Assembly (NCBI GenBank): GCA_902806345.1
Contig: CADCWF010000204.1
Location: 6,234 to 70,233 of the forward strand
Source of the DNA: an uncultured Thermomicrobiales bacterium
Lineage (GTDB): Bacteria > Chloroflexota > Chloroflexia > Thermomicrobiales > UBA6265
Direction: 5' to 3'
DNA length: 64,000 bases
Both the position numbers and the translations under genes were made by a program. Positions 8,053 through 17,435 of this stretch are shown piece after piece; the stretch's first letter is position 1; each line of letters opens with the position of its first letter. Below the pieces are notes generated by a model. It had not been told where the DNA came from, made no database searches, and worked only from the letters and a program-made list of their open reading frames with translations.

Positions 8053-9933
8053 GTGCCCGTCGCCTTGTCGCCCGATCACCCGCGCCCCCAGCTCCAGCGC
8101 GCCGGCTGGACCAGCCTCGACGGCGAGTGGGAGTTCGCGTTCGATCGCGAGAGCGAACTCTCCCGGCCGGAGGACGTTCGGTTCGACCGGACGATCCGCG
8201 TGCCCTTCGCGCCGGAGGCGCCGCTCAGCGGCATCGGCGACGAGGAGTTCACCTGCGCGGTCTGGTATCGCCGTGGCTTCGAGGCACCCTCGCTGGGCGA
8301 AGGCGAGCGGCTGGTGCTCCGCTTCGGCGCCGTCGACTACAAGGCCACCGTCTGGGTCGACGGCTGCTACGCCGGCGACCACGAAGGCGGCTACACCCCT
8401 TTCGGCTGCGACGTCACCGATCTGCTCCGCCCGGAGGGGCCGCACGAGGTCGTCGTCCGCGCCGAGGACGACCCCCAGGACCTGACCAAACCGCGCGGCA
8501 AGCAGGACTGGCAACGCCACCCCCACTCGATCTGGTACCCGCGCACCACCGGCATCTGGCAGACGGTCTGGCTCGAGAAACTCCCGCGCTGGTGGATCGA
8601 CACGCTCCGCTGGACCGCCAGTCTGCAAGACTACGATCTCGGCCTGGAAGCGATGATCGGTGGCGGCCGACGCGAGGGGTTGCGGCTGGAGGTGCGCCTC
8701 ACCGCCGGGGAGGGGGCAGCCCGCCGGACGCTCGCCAACGATACCTACGAGGTGGTTTCGGCCGAGGTCCATCGCCGGCTCGCCCTCTCCGACCCGGGCA
8801 TCGACGACTTCCGCAACGAGCTGCTCTGGAGCCCTGCGTCACCGACGCTGATCGGGGCCGAGTTGCGGCTGCTCGACCCGGATGGGCGGGTCATCGACGA
8901 GGTCGCCTCCTACACGGCCCTCCGCCAGGTTGGCGTCCAGGGCGACCGTTTCGTCCTCAACGGCCGGCCGCTGCACCTGCGGCTGGTGCTCGACCAGGGC
9001 TACTGGCCGGACGGCGGCCTGACGGCGCCGAGTCCCGATGCGCTCCGTCGGGACGTCGAGTTGGCCAAGGCGATGGGGTTCGACGGCGTCCGCAAGCACC
9101 AGAAGCTGGAAGACCCGCGCTACCTCTACTGGGCGGACAAGCTCGGCCTGTTGGTCTGGCAGGAGATGCCCAGCGCCTACCGCTTCACCAGGCGCTCGAT
9201 CGGGCGACTGACCGCGGAGTGGAAAGACGCGCTCCTGCGCGACATCAGCCACCCCTGCGTCGTCACCCTGGTCCCCTTCAACGAGTCGTGGGGGGTCCCC
9301 GACCTGCCGAGCAACCCGGCCCAGCGCGACTACGTCTCGGCGCTCTACCACCTGACCAAGACGATCGACCCGTCGCGGCCCGTCATCGGCAACGACGGCT
9401 GGGAGAGCGTCGCCACCGACATGGTCGGCATCCACGACTACGACGAGCATCCGGATCGGCTGCGGGAACGCTACGGGGAGGTGGACGCCATCCCCCACCT
9501 CTTCCGGCGGAACCACCCCTCCGGCCGCCTGATCTCCCTCGACGGGCAGGAGCATTCCGGGAAACCCCTGGTTCTTTCGGAGTTCGGCGGGATCACGTTC
9601 ACCCCGCGCGAACGGCGCGACGACTCCTGGGGCTACCAGCGGGTCGAGACCCCGGAAGAGTTGGCCGAGGCGTACGCCGCGCTCGTCGACGCCGTCCGCG
9701 ACAGCGCGATGCTGGCCGGCTTCTGCTACACCCAGTTCGCCGACACCTACCAGGAAGCGAACGGCCTCCTCTTTGCCGACCGCACCCCCAAGTTCCCGCT
9801 CGAGCGGATCGAGCGGGCGACGCGCGGTGAGCAGAGCCACATCGAGTGGGAGCTGGACCGGAGGCGCCAACTCGACAAGGTGCTGGACGAGCTGGTCGCC
9901 ATCGGCGAGATGGTCCGGGAGGGTCAGGTCTGA
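8053..9933 (+). CDS. Glycoside hydrolase family 2 (beta-galactosidase / beta-glucuronidase-like)
   Basis: N-terminal sugar-binding domain (RPQLQRAGWTSLDGEWEFAF...VWYRR...LRFGAVDYKATVWVDG...GGYTPF), followed by a TIM barrel with NESWG and a C-terminal QFADTYQEANGL. GGAGG lies 8 nt before the GTG. Confidence 0.85.
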   Translation: MPVALSPDHPRPQLQRAGWTSLDGEWEFAFDRESELSRPEDVRFDRTIRVPFAPEAPLSGIGDEEFTCAVWYRRGFEAPSLGEGERLVLRFGAVDYKATVWVDGCYAGDHEGGYTPFGCDVTDLLRPEGPHEVVVRAEDDPQDLTKPRGKQDWQRHPHSIWYPRTTGIWQTVWLEKLPRWWIDTLRWTASLQDYDLGLEAMIGGGRREGLRLEVRLTAGEGAARRTLANDTYEVVSAEVHRRLALSDPGIDDFRNELLWSPASPTLIGAELRLLDPDGRVIDEVASYTALRQVGVQGDRFVLNGRPLHLRLVLDQGYWPDGGLTAPSPDALRRDVELAKAMGFDGVRKHQKLEDPRYLYWADKLGLLVWQEMPSAYRFTRRSIGRLTAEWKDALLRDISHPCVVTLVPFNESWGVPDLPSNPAQRDYVSALYHLTKTIDPSRPVIGNDGWESVATDMVGIHDYDEHPDRLRERYGEVDAIPHLFRRNHPSGRLISLDGQEHSGKPLVLSEFGGITFTPRERRDDSWGYQRVETPEELAEAYAALVDAVRDSAMLAGFCYTQFADTYQEANGLLFADRTPKFPLERIERATRGEQSHIEWELDRRRQLDKVLDELVAIGEMVREGQV

Positions 9934-10253
9934 CCGATGGTAGTCCGGGTGGGCGCCAGTCCAGTCGCATGGCACGGCTTTTGCGTTAAACTTCCCGCAT
10001 CCCCGGTTCGGTGGCTTTGGTCCGCCGACAGAAACCGGATGGTTAGCCCGACTTCCGACCGTTCTCGCCTTCCGAGCGGAACGTGCAACTGGCTCGACGC
10101 CAGTATTCCCCTCGTCGCGCTTCGGCCCGACCGCGGGGTTGTCTGGGTGTGTGCCGGAGCGTCTGCTCCGGCCAGGGGTGCGACCGGGGCCGCGGAGGGC
10201 GGCCCCGTTGGCTCCGTCGCCCCCGTGGCGCCCGACCGAAAGGACCATGCCGC

Positions 10254-11531
10254 ATGCTCGTCTGCTTCTCCCATCTGCGCTGGGACTTCGTCTGGCAACG
10301 TCCCCAGCACCTCCTGTCGCGGTTCGCCCGGCAGATGGAGGTCGCAGTCGTCGAGGAACCGGTTTTCGAGCCGGGTTCTGGGTCGCTTCGGGTCCGCCAG
10401 GTGAGCCCCAACCTCGTCGTCATCACCCCGGTCCTGCCGGACGACGCCGGCTTGCCCGGCGGTTTCGGTCCCGAGACCAATCCACTGATCCGTGAACTCC
10501 TGACCGATCGATTCGCCGGAGGGGCCTCGTTGGCCCTCACCAAGGCGGCCCGTGCCACCAACGGGACGACGGTGCAGGTCTCCGGCTCGGTTGGCCGGGG
10601 CGCTGCCACGGTGGTCCGGCCGGCGGTGCCGGCGCCGATCTTCTGGTACTACACGCCGATGGCGCTGGGCGCCGAGCCGGCCGGGGTGAACCCGTCGCTG
10701 GTCGTCTACGACGCGATGGACGAATTGGCGAAGTTCCGCTACGCCCCGAAGTCCTTGGTCGAGCGCGAGGCGCGGCTGATGCGGCAGGCGGACCTCGTCT
10801 TCACCGGCGGCCCCAGCCTCTACCGTGCCCGTCAGGGGCGCCACCCGTCGGTCCACTGCTTCCCGTCCGGCGTCGAGGCGGCTCACTTCGCCCAGGCGAC
10901 CTGTCCCGAGTTCCGTCACCCCGAACTGGCCGGGCTGGATCGCCCGGTCGTCGGCTTCTACGGCGTGATCGACGAGCGGGTCGACTTCGACCTCATCTCC
11001 GACATCGCCGCCGCCCGACCGGAGTGGACGGTCGCCCTCGTCGGTCCGACGGCGAAGGTGGCGCCGGACGACCTGCCGCAGGCGCCGAACATCCGGTACT
11101 TCGGGAAGCGCTCCTACGACGAGCTGCCGGCTTTTCTGTCCGGCTTCGATGTTGCCATCCTGCCGTTCGCACGCAACGAGTCGACGCAGTTCATCTCGCC
11201 GACCAAGACGCTGGAGTACATGGCCGGCGGCAAACCGATCGTCTCCACCCCGATCCTCGACGTGATCGACCTCTACGGCGAGGTCGTCTCCTTCGCGGAG
11301 ACGCCGGGTCAGTTCGTCGGCGCCATCGAGGATCTCCTGGAGGAGCCCGCCGCCGTGGGCCGCCTCCGCCACGAGCGGGCCCAGGCGGTGCTCGCCCGCC
11401 ACGACTGGGACGTCGTCGCCGACGAGATGCTGACGCTGATGGACGCCGCCCTCGTCCATGCCTACCCGACCCTGCTGCCGGTTGTCGCCGCGGCGTCCAG
11501 GGAGCGGGCCTACGCGACGGGAGCCGCCTGA
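10254..11531 (+). CDS. Glycosyltransferase, of the GT1/GT4-like type often found next to glf
   Basis: The internal ATG at 10254 gives MLVCFSHLRWDFVWQRPQHLLSRFA, a characteristic N-terminus of this family. The C-terminal half contains ILPF..NESTQFISPTKTLEYMAGGKPIVSTP. The stop overlaps the glf start. Confidence 0.8.
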   Translation: MLVCFSHLRWDFVWQRPQHLLSRFARQMEVAVVEEPVFEPGSGSLRVRQVSPNLVVITPVLPDDAGLPGGFGPETNPLIRELLTDRFAGGASLALTKAARATNGTTVQVSGSVGRGAATVVRPAVPAPIFWYYTPMALGAEPAGVNPSLVVYDAMDELAKFRYAPKSLVEREARLMRQADLVFTGGPSLYRARQGRHPSVHCFPSGVEAAHFAQATCPEFRHPELAGLDRPVVGFYGVIDERVDFDLISDIAAARPEWTVALVGPTAKVAPDDLPQAPNIRYFGKRSYDELPAFLSGFDVAILPFARNESTQFISPTKTLEYMAGGKPIVSTPILDVIDLYGEVVSFAETPGQFVGAIEDLLEEPAAVGRLRHERAQAVLARHDWDVVADEMLTLMDAALVHAYPTLLPVVAAASRERAYATGAA

Positions 11532-12640
11532 TGTTCGACGCCTTAATCGTTGGCGCCGGCTTCGCCGGAAGCGTCATCGCGGAGCGTCTGGCGAGCCAGG
11601 AGGGGATGAAGGTGCTCGTTGTCGAGCGCCGTCCCCACATCGCCGGCAACGCCTACGACCACTACGACGACGCCGGCATCCTGGTCCACAAGTACGGGCC
11701 GCACATCTTCCACTGCAACGCGCCGGAAATTTACGCCTACCTTTCGCAGTTCACCGCCTGGCGTCACTACCAGCACCGGGTGCTGGCGTCGGTCGACGGC
11801 CAGCAGGTGCCGATCCCGATCAACCTCGACACGGTCAACAAACTCTACGGCTTGAACCTGACCAGTTTCGAACTGGAGCAGTGGTTCGCCTCCGTCGCCG
11901 AGCCGAAGGAGCGGATCCTGACCAGCGAGGACGCGGTCGTCTCGAAGGTGGGTCGCGACCTCTACACCAAGTTCTTCCGCGGCTACACCCGCAAGCAGTG
12001 GGGGCTCGACCCGTCGGAGCTTGACGCCCAGGTGGCCGCCCGCATCCCGACCCGGACCAATCGCGACGATCGCTACTTCAACGACCGCTACCAAGTGATG
12101 CCGCTCCATGGCTACACCCGGATGTTCGAGAAGATGCTCGCCCACCCGAACATCAAGCTGATGCTCAACACCGACTACCGCGAGGTCCAGGAGTTCATCC
12201 CCTACCGGCTGCTCGTCTACACCGGGCCGGTCGATGCCTTCTTCGACTTCCGTTACGGCAAGCTGCCGTATCGATCGCTCGACTTCGTCTTCGAGACCCA
12301 CGACACGCCCCAGGTGCAGGCGGTGGGCACGGTCAACTACCCGAACGACTACGACTACACCCGGATCACCGAGTTCAAACACCTGACCGGGCAGACCCAC
12401 GCCAGGACGACCGTCGTCTACGAGTACCCGAAGGCCGAGGGCGACCCCTACTACCCCATCCCGCGCAAGGAGAACGCCGAGCGTTACAAGCAGTACGCCG
12501 CGCTGGCCGAGGAGACGCCGGGCGTCGCCTTCGTCGGCCGTCTCGCCACCTACAAGTACTACAACATGGACCAGGTCGTGGCGCAGGCGCTGGCGACCTA
12601 CGAGCGGCTGGCCTCCTCGCGGCGGCTGGTGGTTGCCTAA
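11531..12640 (+). CDS. glf: UDP-galactopyranose mutase
   Basis: MFDALIVGAGFAGSVIAERLA (FAD GxGxxG), HKYGPHIFH, FFRGYTRKQWG, YQVMPLHGYT, TEFKHLTGQ, YYPIP and GRLATYKYYNMDQ. Confidence 0.95.
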   Translation: MFDALIVGAGFAGSVIAERLASQEGMKVLVVERRPHIAGNAYDHYDDAGILVHKYGPHIFHCNAPEIYAYLSQFTAWRHYQHRVLASVDGQQVPIPINLDTVNKLYGLNLTSFELEQWFASVAEPKERILTSEDAVVSKVGRDLYTKFFRGYTRKQWGLDPSELDAQVAARIPTRTNRDDRYFNDRYQVMPLHGYTRMFEKMLAHPNIKLMLNTDYREVQEFIPYRLLVYTGPVDAFFDFRYGKLPYRSLDFVFETHDTPQVQAVGTVNYPNDYDYTRITEFKHLTGQTHARTTVVYEYPKAEGDPYYPIPRKENAERYKQYAALAEETPGVAFVGRLATYKYYNMDQVVAQALATYERLASSRRLVVA

Positions 12641-12645
12641 CTCCG

Positions 12646-15012
12646 ATGGCCCTCCCGTTCCGACCCGGCCGCGCCGACCTCCACCTCGTCGGCCGGCCCT
12701 CCCCCGAGGCCGCCGTCCCCCCCGAGTTGTGGGGCGGCATCGAATGTACCGTCAACCGCGTCGGCGATGTCTGGTTCGACCAGATCGCCCGCTCCGGCCA
12801 CGCCGACCGGCTCGACGACCTCGACCGGATCGCCGCGCTCGGCATCCGTACCCTGCGCTACCCGCTCCTCTGGGAGCGGGTGGCCCCGGACGGGCTCGAG
12901 CGGGCCGCCTGGCGGTGGTCCGACGAGCGGTTGGGGCGTTTGCGCGAGCTCGGCATCCGGCCGATCGTCGGCCTCGTCCACCACGGCAGCGGCCCCGCCG
13001 GCACCGACCTGCTCGACCCCGGCTTCGCCCCCGGGCTCGCCGCCTTCGCCCGCGCCGCCGCCGCGCGCTACCCATGGGTCGAGGACTGGACCCCCGTCAA
13101 CGAACCGCTGACCACCGCCCGTTTTGCCGCTCTCTACGGCCACTGGTATCCCCATGCGCGGAGCGACCGGGCCTTCATCCGGGCGCTCGTCAATCAGTGC
13201 ACCGGCGTCAAGCTGGCGATGGCGGCGATCCGGGAGACGATCCCCGAGGCCCGCCTCGTCCAGACCGAGGATCTCGGCAAGACCTGGAGCACCCCGCGGC
13301 TGGCGTACCAGGCCGACTTCGAGAACGAGCGGCGGTGGTTGACGCTAGATCTCCTCTGCGGCCGGGTCGACCGGACCCACCCGCTCTGGTCCCACCTCTG
13401 GTGGCTCGGGCTGAAGGGGGAGGATCTGCACCACTTCGTCGACGACCCCTGCCCACCGGACGTCATCGGCTTCAACTACTACCTGACGACCGAGCGCTTC
13501 CTCGACGATCGCCTCGATCACTACCCGCCCGACCTCCGGGGTGGCAACGGCCGCGACGAGTACGTCGATGTCGAGGCGGTCCGCGTTCGCCGGGAGGGCA
13601 TCGACGGCGTCGGCCCCCTCCTGCGCGAGGCGTGGGCGCGCTACCGGCGTCAACTGGCGATCACCGAGGCTCACCTCGGTTGCACCCGCGAGGACCAGAT
13701 CCGCTGGCTGGCCGAGGTCTGGGGGGAGGCGCGCGCGGTCCGCGCCGACGGGGTCGATCTCCGGGCCGTCACCGTCTGGTCGCTGCTCGGCGCCTACGAT
13801 TGGCACTGTCTGCTGACCCGCTGCGAGGACCATTACGAACCGGGCGTCTTCGACCTCCGCGCCCCGTTCCCCAGGCCGACCGCGTTGGCGGCGCTCGCCG
13901 CCCAACTCGCAGCCGGCCAGGAGCCGGACCATCCGCTGCTGGCCGACCCGGGGTGGTGGCGGCGGCCGGAGCGCCTGCTCTTCCCCCCGTGGCCGCCCGA
14001 GTCCGGTGCCGCGGGGGCAGTGGCACCAGCGGTGGCGACGGGACGGACTATGGCGACCGCGGGACCCGACGGCGAGACGAGACACCGGCGCGGCCCGGGG
14101 GAACGCGGCGCCGCGGTCGCGATCGCAGGGCGGTCCGCGGGGCGCCCAGGACCGGGTCGCGAACGGTGGCGGGTCCGGCCCCCCCGCCAGGCGCAGCCGC
14201 TCCTGATCGTCGGCGCCGACGAGCCGCTCGGACGGGCGCTCGTCGTCGCCTGCGCCGCCCGCGGCATCCGCGCCACAGCCGTCGAGGTTACCGCCGCCAA
14301 TGGGGCCTCGCTCTCCGCGACGATCGATGAGCACCTGCCGTGGGCGGTGATCGACGCCCGGCAGCGCTTCGGCGCGGCGGCGGACGGCCAGCGCGAACGG
14401 GGCGGTCGACGGGCCGTCGAGGAGGTGGGTCTGCTGGCCGCGGCGTGCGCCGAGCAGTCGGTCACTTTGGTCGCGATGTCGTCGGCCCACGTGTTCGACG
14501 GGGCTAAAGGCACCCCCTACGTCGAGTCTGACCCGATCTCCCCGGTCGGTCCCCGCGGCCACGTCCACGCCGCCGTCGAGGCCACCGTGGCCGACCTCCA
14601 TCCCGCCCCGCTGATCGTCCGAGCGGGGGAGGCGCTGCCGTCGCCGGACGGCGGGAGACACGGACTAGGGGAGGCGCCGTCCGTCGTGGCCGGCGGGGGG
14701 GAGGATCCTGCCGACCTCGTCTCGGTTGCCGCCCTGCCCGACCTGGCCGAGGCGATGCTCGACCTGCTGATCGACGGCGAGAGCGGCGTCTGGCACCTCG
14801 CTCATCCGGAGCCGATGGGAAGGGACGAACTCGTCCGGGCCGAGGGGCTCGTCGGAGATCTTGCCGGGGAGGAACCTTCTTCATCCCTGGCCACGGTCGC
14901 CGACGAGGTGGGGACCCACACCCCGGTCTCCAGCGCGTTACTCGGGAGCGAACGGGGGTGGGTGATGCCCTCGCTGGCGCGTGCGCTTGACGGGATCGCT
15001 CGGAGCGCGTGA
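12646..15012 (+). CDS. Fusion protein: GH1-like glycosidase domain plus an RmlD-like (dTDP-4-dehydrorhamnose reductase fold) domain with degenerate catalytic motifs
   Basis: The N-terminal half has the GH1 signatures LRYPLLWERV, TPVNEP and LAITEAH. A low-complexity linker follows. The C-terminal part from about 14197 aligns to RmlD (SSAHVF..Y.ESD..SP) but has GADEPLG instead of GxxGxxG and RGHVH instead of YGxxK. Confidence 0.75.
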   Translation: MALPFRPGRADLHLVGRPSPEAAVPPELWGGIECTVNRVGDVWFDQIARSGHADRLDDLDRIAALGIRTLRYPLLWERVAPDGLERAAWRWSDERLGRLRELGIRPIVGLVHHGSGPAGTDLLDPGFAPGLAAFARAAAARYPWVEDWTPVNEPLTTARFAALYGHWYPHARSDRAFIRALVNQCTGVKLAMAAIRETIPEARLVQTEDLGKTWSTPRLAYQADFENERRWLTLDLLCGRVDRTHPLWSHLWWLGLKGEDLHHFVDDPCPPDVIGFNYYLTTERFLDDRLDHYPPDLRGGNGRDEYVDVEAVRVRREGIDGVGPLLREAWARYRRQLAITEAHLGCTREDQIRWLAEVWGEARAVRADGVDLRAVTVWSLLGAYDWHCLLTRCEDHYEPGVFDLRAPFPRPTALAALAAQLAAGQEPDHPLLADPGWWRRPERLLFPPWPPESGAAGAVAPAVATGRTMATAGPDGETRHRRGPGERGAAVAIAGRSAGRPGPGRERWRVRPPRQAQPLLIVGADEPLGRALVVACAARGIRATAVEVTAANGASLSATIDEHLPWAVIDARQRFGAAADGQRERGGRRAVEEVGLLAAACAEQSVTLVAMSSAHVFDGAKGTPYVESDPISPVGPRGHVHAAVEATVADLHPAPLIVRAGEALPSPDGGRHGLGEAPSVVAGGGEDPADLVSVAALPDLAEAMLDLLIDGESGVWHLAHPEPMGRDELVRAEGLVGDLAGEEPSSSLATVADEVGTHTPVSSALLGSERGWVMPSLARALDGIARSA

Positions 15013-15018
15013 TATACT
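15010..15018 (+). promoter_or_regulatory. Putative extended -10 promoter (TGaTATACT) for tRNA-Pro
   Basis: TGATATACT ends 11 nt before the tRNA 5' end. The same TGnTA(G/T)ACT pattern recurs upstream of cdaA and uvrA. Confidence 0.45.
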
Positions 15019-15029
15019 GCGCGCCACGT

Positions 15030-15105
<76 letters not shown>

Positions 15106-15136
15106 CTCTCTTCTCGTCGCACCGTCAGGGGATCTC

Positions 15137-15165
15137 GACCCGGCCGCGCCGCCGGGTCTCTTCGT
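15137..15165 (+). terminator. Hairpin plus T-rich tail after tRNA-Pro
   Basis: gacccgg-ccgcgccg-ccgggtc followed by tcttcgt. Confidence 0.45.
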
Positions 15166-15220
15166 GCCGTGGGTATCCGCGGGCCGGTGACCGGCCTACC
15201 GCAGTGCTGGACCTGACGCC

Positions 15221-15844
15221 ATGAGCAGCACCAACCTGTCGCCGACCGCACCGAGCCACGCGCGGATTCTGATCGCCGACGACGAATCCCTGATCCGACT
15301 CGACCTGCGGGAGATGCTGGGCGAGCTGGGGTACGACGTGGTCGGCGAGGCCGGCGACGGTCGCGCCGCGCTCGACCTGGCTCGCAAGCTCCTGCCTGAC
15401 CTCGTGGTCATGGACATCAAAATGCCGGGGCTCGACGGGATCGCCGCGGCCGAGCAGCTGACCCGCGAGAAGATCTGCCCGGTCGTCCTCCTGACCGCCT
15501 ACAGCGACCAGGATCTCGTCGAGCGGGCACGCGAGGCGGGGGTGGTTGGTTACGTGGTCAAGCCGTTCCGGCCGACCGAGTTGATGCCGGTCATCGAGCT
15601 ATCGCTGGCCCGCTTCGAGGAGTTCCGTTCGCTCGAGCGCGAGATCGGCGACCTGAAGGACGCGATCGAGACGCGCAAGGTGGTCGAGCGGGCCAAGGGC
15701 GTGCTCATGGAGACCCACGGCCTGCGCGAGTCGGAGGCATTCCACCGCATCCGGAAGACGAGCATGGACACCCGCAAGTCGATGCGGGAGGTGGCCGAGG
15801 CGGTCTTGCTGGCCCACGAGATGGAGCGTGGCAACGACGAGTAA
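15221..15844 (+). CDS. ANTAR-domain response regulator (PdtaR / AmiR-NasR type)
   Basis: Receiver domain (ILIADDESLIRLDLREML, DLVVMDIKMPGLDG, YVVKPF) plus an ANTAR domain (LKDAIETRKVVERAKGVLMETHGLRESEAFHRIRKTSMDTRKSMREVAEAVL). Confidence 0.9.
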   Translation: MSSTNLSPTAPSHARILIADDESLIRLDLREMLGELGYDVVGEAGDGRAALDLARKLLPDLVVMDIKMPGLDGIAAAEQLTREKICPVVLLTAYSDQDLVERAREAGVVGYVVKPFRPTELMPVIELSLARFEEFRSLEREIGDLKDAIETRKVVERAKGVLMETHGLRESEAFHRIRKTSMDTRKSMREVAEAVLLAHEMERGNDE

Positions 15845-15926
15845 GGGACGGCGATCCACTGCCTGCGCTAGATCGTCGTCTTAAGCGTCACCCACCTGTT
15901 GGTCGTGCCCTCGACGGTCTCAGGAG

Positions 15927-16247
15927 TCAGGATCTCTGGGTGGCGAGGGCGCCGAGGGCGACCGCGAGCGACGCCAACCCAGGCGACAGCAGGAGGACGG
16001 CGGCCGTGGTCGCCGCAGTGTCGGCGTAGAGCTTGGTCCGCGGGCCGAAGGGGATCGGGAACCGCCATGCCAGGGCGGTGCAGCCAACAACGGCGGCGGC
16101 CATCAGCAGGTCCATCCGGTCGACAGGCCCCGCCTCGATGCTCGCGCCGGCCACCAGAAGGATTGCCGCAACCGCGAGGGCACCAACGTAGCCTCGCGCC
16201 GCCGTCCGAAGCTCCTCTTTGGTGGTCCGCCTATCGCGGGCTGTCAC
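15927..16247 (-). CDS. Small hydrophobic protein of 106 aa, possibly the N-terminal remnant of a larger membrane protein
   Basis: There are three predicted hydrophobic segments. The ORF ends abruptly, convergent with the ANTAR gene. No family was recognised. Confidence 0.35.
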   Translation of the reverse strand: MTARDRRTTKEELRTAARGYVGALAVAAILLVAGASIEAGPVDRMDLLMAAAVVGCTALAWRFPIPFGPRTKLYADTAATTAAVLLLSPGLASLAVALGALATQRS

Positions 16248-16359
16248 CGCCTCACGGTATGGTAGCCCGAGCGGCGCACGCTCGGTTTCTGTTGCCGAGC
16301 CGGGTCGTCGGCCGCTCCGGCCGGCGAGAGCGGGTGGCGGTCGGGGAAGAGGGGATACG

Positions 16360-16647
16360 ATGGACGAATCGCCGCCAGGGCTGATCCTCGACGACCTCTA
16401 CCGCGTCCTCGGCGACCGCGACCCGGCGTCGGTGCGGCTGGTGGTGGAAGCGGTCGAGCCGAGCCCGGGGATCGTCCGCATCCGCTACGCCCTGGTCGGG
16501 GCCGACGGGGAACCGATCCTCGATGCGGACCTGGCGCCGATCGTGCTCGTCGGCGGGATTGACCCGGACGGGGTGGCGACCGTCCGGCCGGGGGCGTCGT
16601 ACTTCGTGCCGCCGAAACGCTCCTCCGCCTTCGATGAGCCTGGGTAG
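16360..16647 (+). CDS. Hypothetical protein (95 aa)
   Basis: ATG at 16360 preceded by GGGGAAGAGGGGA. GC3 is high. No motif was recognised. Confidence 0.4.
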   Translation: MDESPPGLILDDLYRVLGDRDPASVRLVVEAVEPSPGIVRIRYALVGADGEPILDADLAPIVLVGGIDPDGVATVRPGASYFVPPKRSSAFDEPG

Positions 16648-16764
16648 CGGCGGCCGGCCGCTCCAAGAGCGGGACTCTGCCAACTCGAGGGTGATCCGGA
16701 TGGGCCGGAAATTGACCGGATTGTTGACGGCCTAGATGGCCTCAGGCGCGCATGAGGAAGAGCG

Positions 16765-17427
16765 CTACTGCTTGGTCGTGGACAAATTGGTCAGCCGATG
16801 GGTCAGCTCTGCCTGCTTGCGGCGCGATGTCTCCGCCAGGAGAGCGGCGTAGCGTTCCTCGCAGGTGGGGACGACGGGGCCAGCGTGGTATTCACCGATA
16901 GCGCCGGCGAAGGCCCGGTGCAGTTCCAACCCGACCGCCTCGGCCACTTGCGGGTGGTGCTCCAGGTTCAGCACCTCGCAGGCGAACGGTTCGACTTTCA
17001 CCGCCAGCCAGCGTCGGGCCTCGCGTTCCTCCTCGCCCGAGTAAACGGTCAATTCGGTTTCCAAGCGGAGCGCCTCCACGTCGGTGGCGAACTGTCGGAC
17101 GACGCACTCGTGCTTGGCCGTCGCCGCGATCCGGAGCGGCTGGGTCCGCACGCCACTTGATGCCGCTCGCCACGACTCGTCGGCGCGTGCTCGGTCGAGG
17201 GGGTAGGGACGAGAAAAGGGGTGGAGGACACGGTCGAGCTTAAGAATCTCCGCCGCCGGGATGAGACCGGCAAGCAGCTTGGCGCGTCCGACCATCGTCT
17301 GCCGCACGAGGCGGTCGCGGTCGACCGCGAGGTTCCGCAACCGGCGGGCACAGATGGCGGCCAGCGGCAGGCTGTCCACCTCCCGGCTGATGCCTCGGGC
17401 GACCGCCCGGGTCGCGTCGACCGCCAC
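16765..17427 (-). CDS. Hypothetical protein (about 220 aa) translationally coupled to the upstream MFS gene
   Basis: A GTG at 17427 lies 8 nt after the MFS stop. The frame is codon-biased but uses more A/T-ending codons than its neighbours. No family was recognised. Confidence 0.55.
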   Translation of the reverse strand: MAVDATRAVARGISREVDSLPLAAICARRLRNLAVDRDRLVRQTMVGRAKLLAGLIPAAEILKLDRVLHPFSRPYPLDRARADESWRAASSGVRTQPLRIAATAKHECVVRQFATDVEALRLETELTVYSGEEEREARRWLAVKVEPFACEVLNLEHHPQVAEAVGLELHRAFAGAIGEYHAGPVVPTCEERYAALLAETSRRKQAELTHRLTNLSTTKQ

Positions 17428-17435
17428 GAGCTGAC

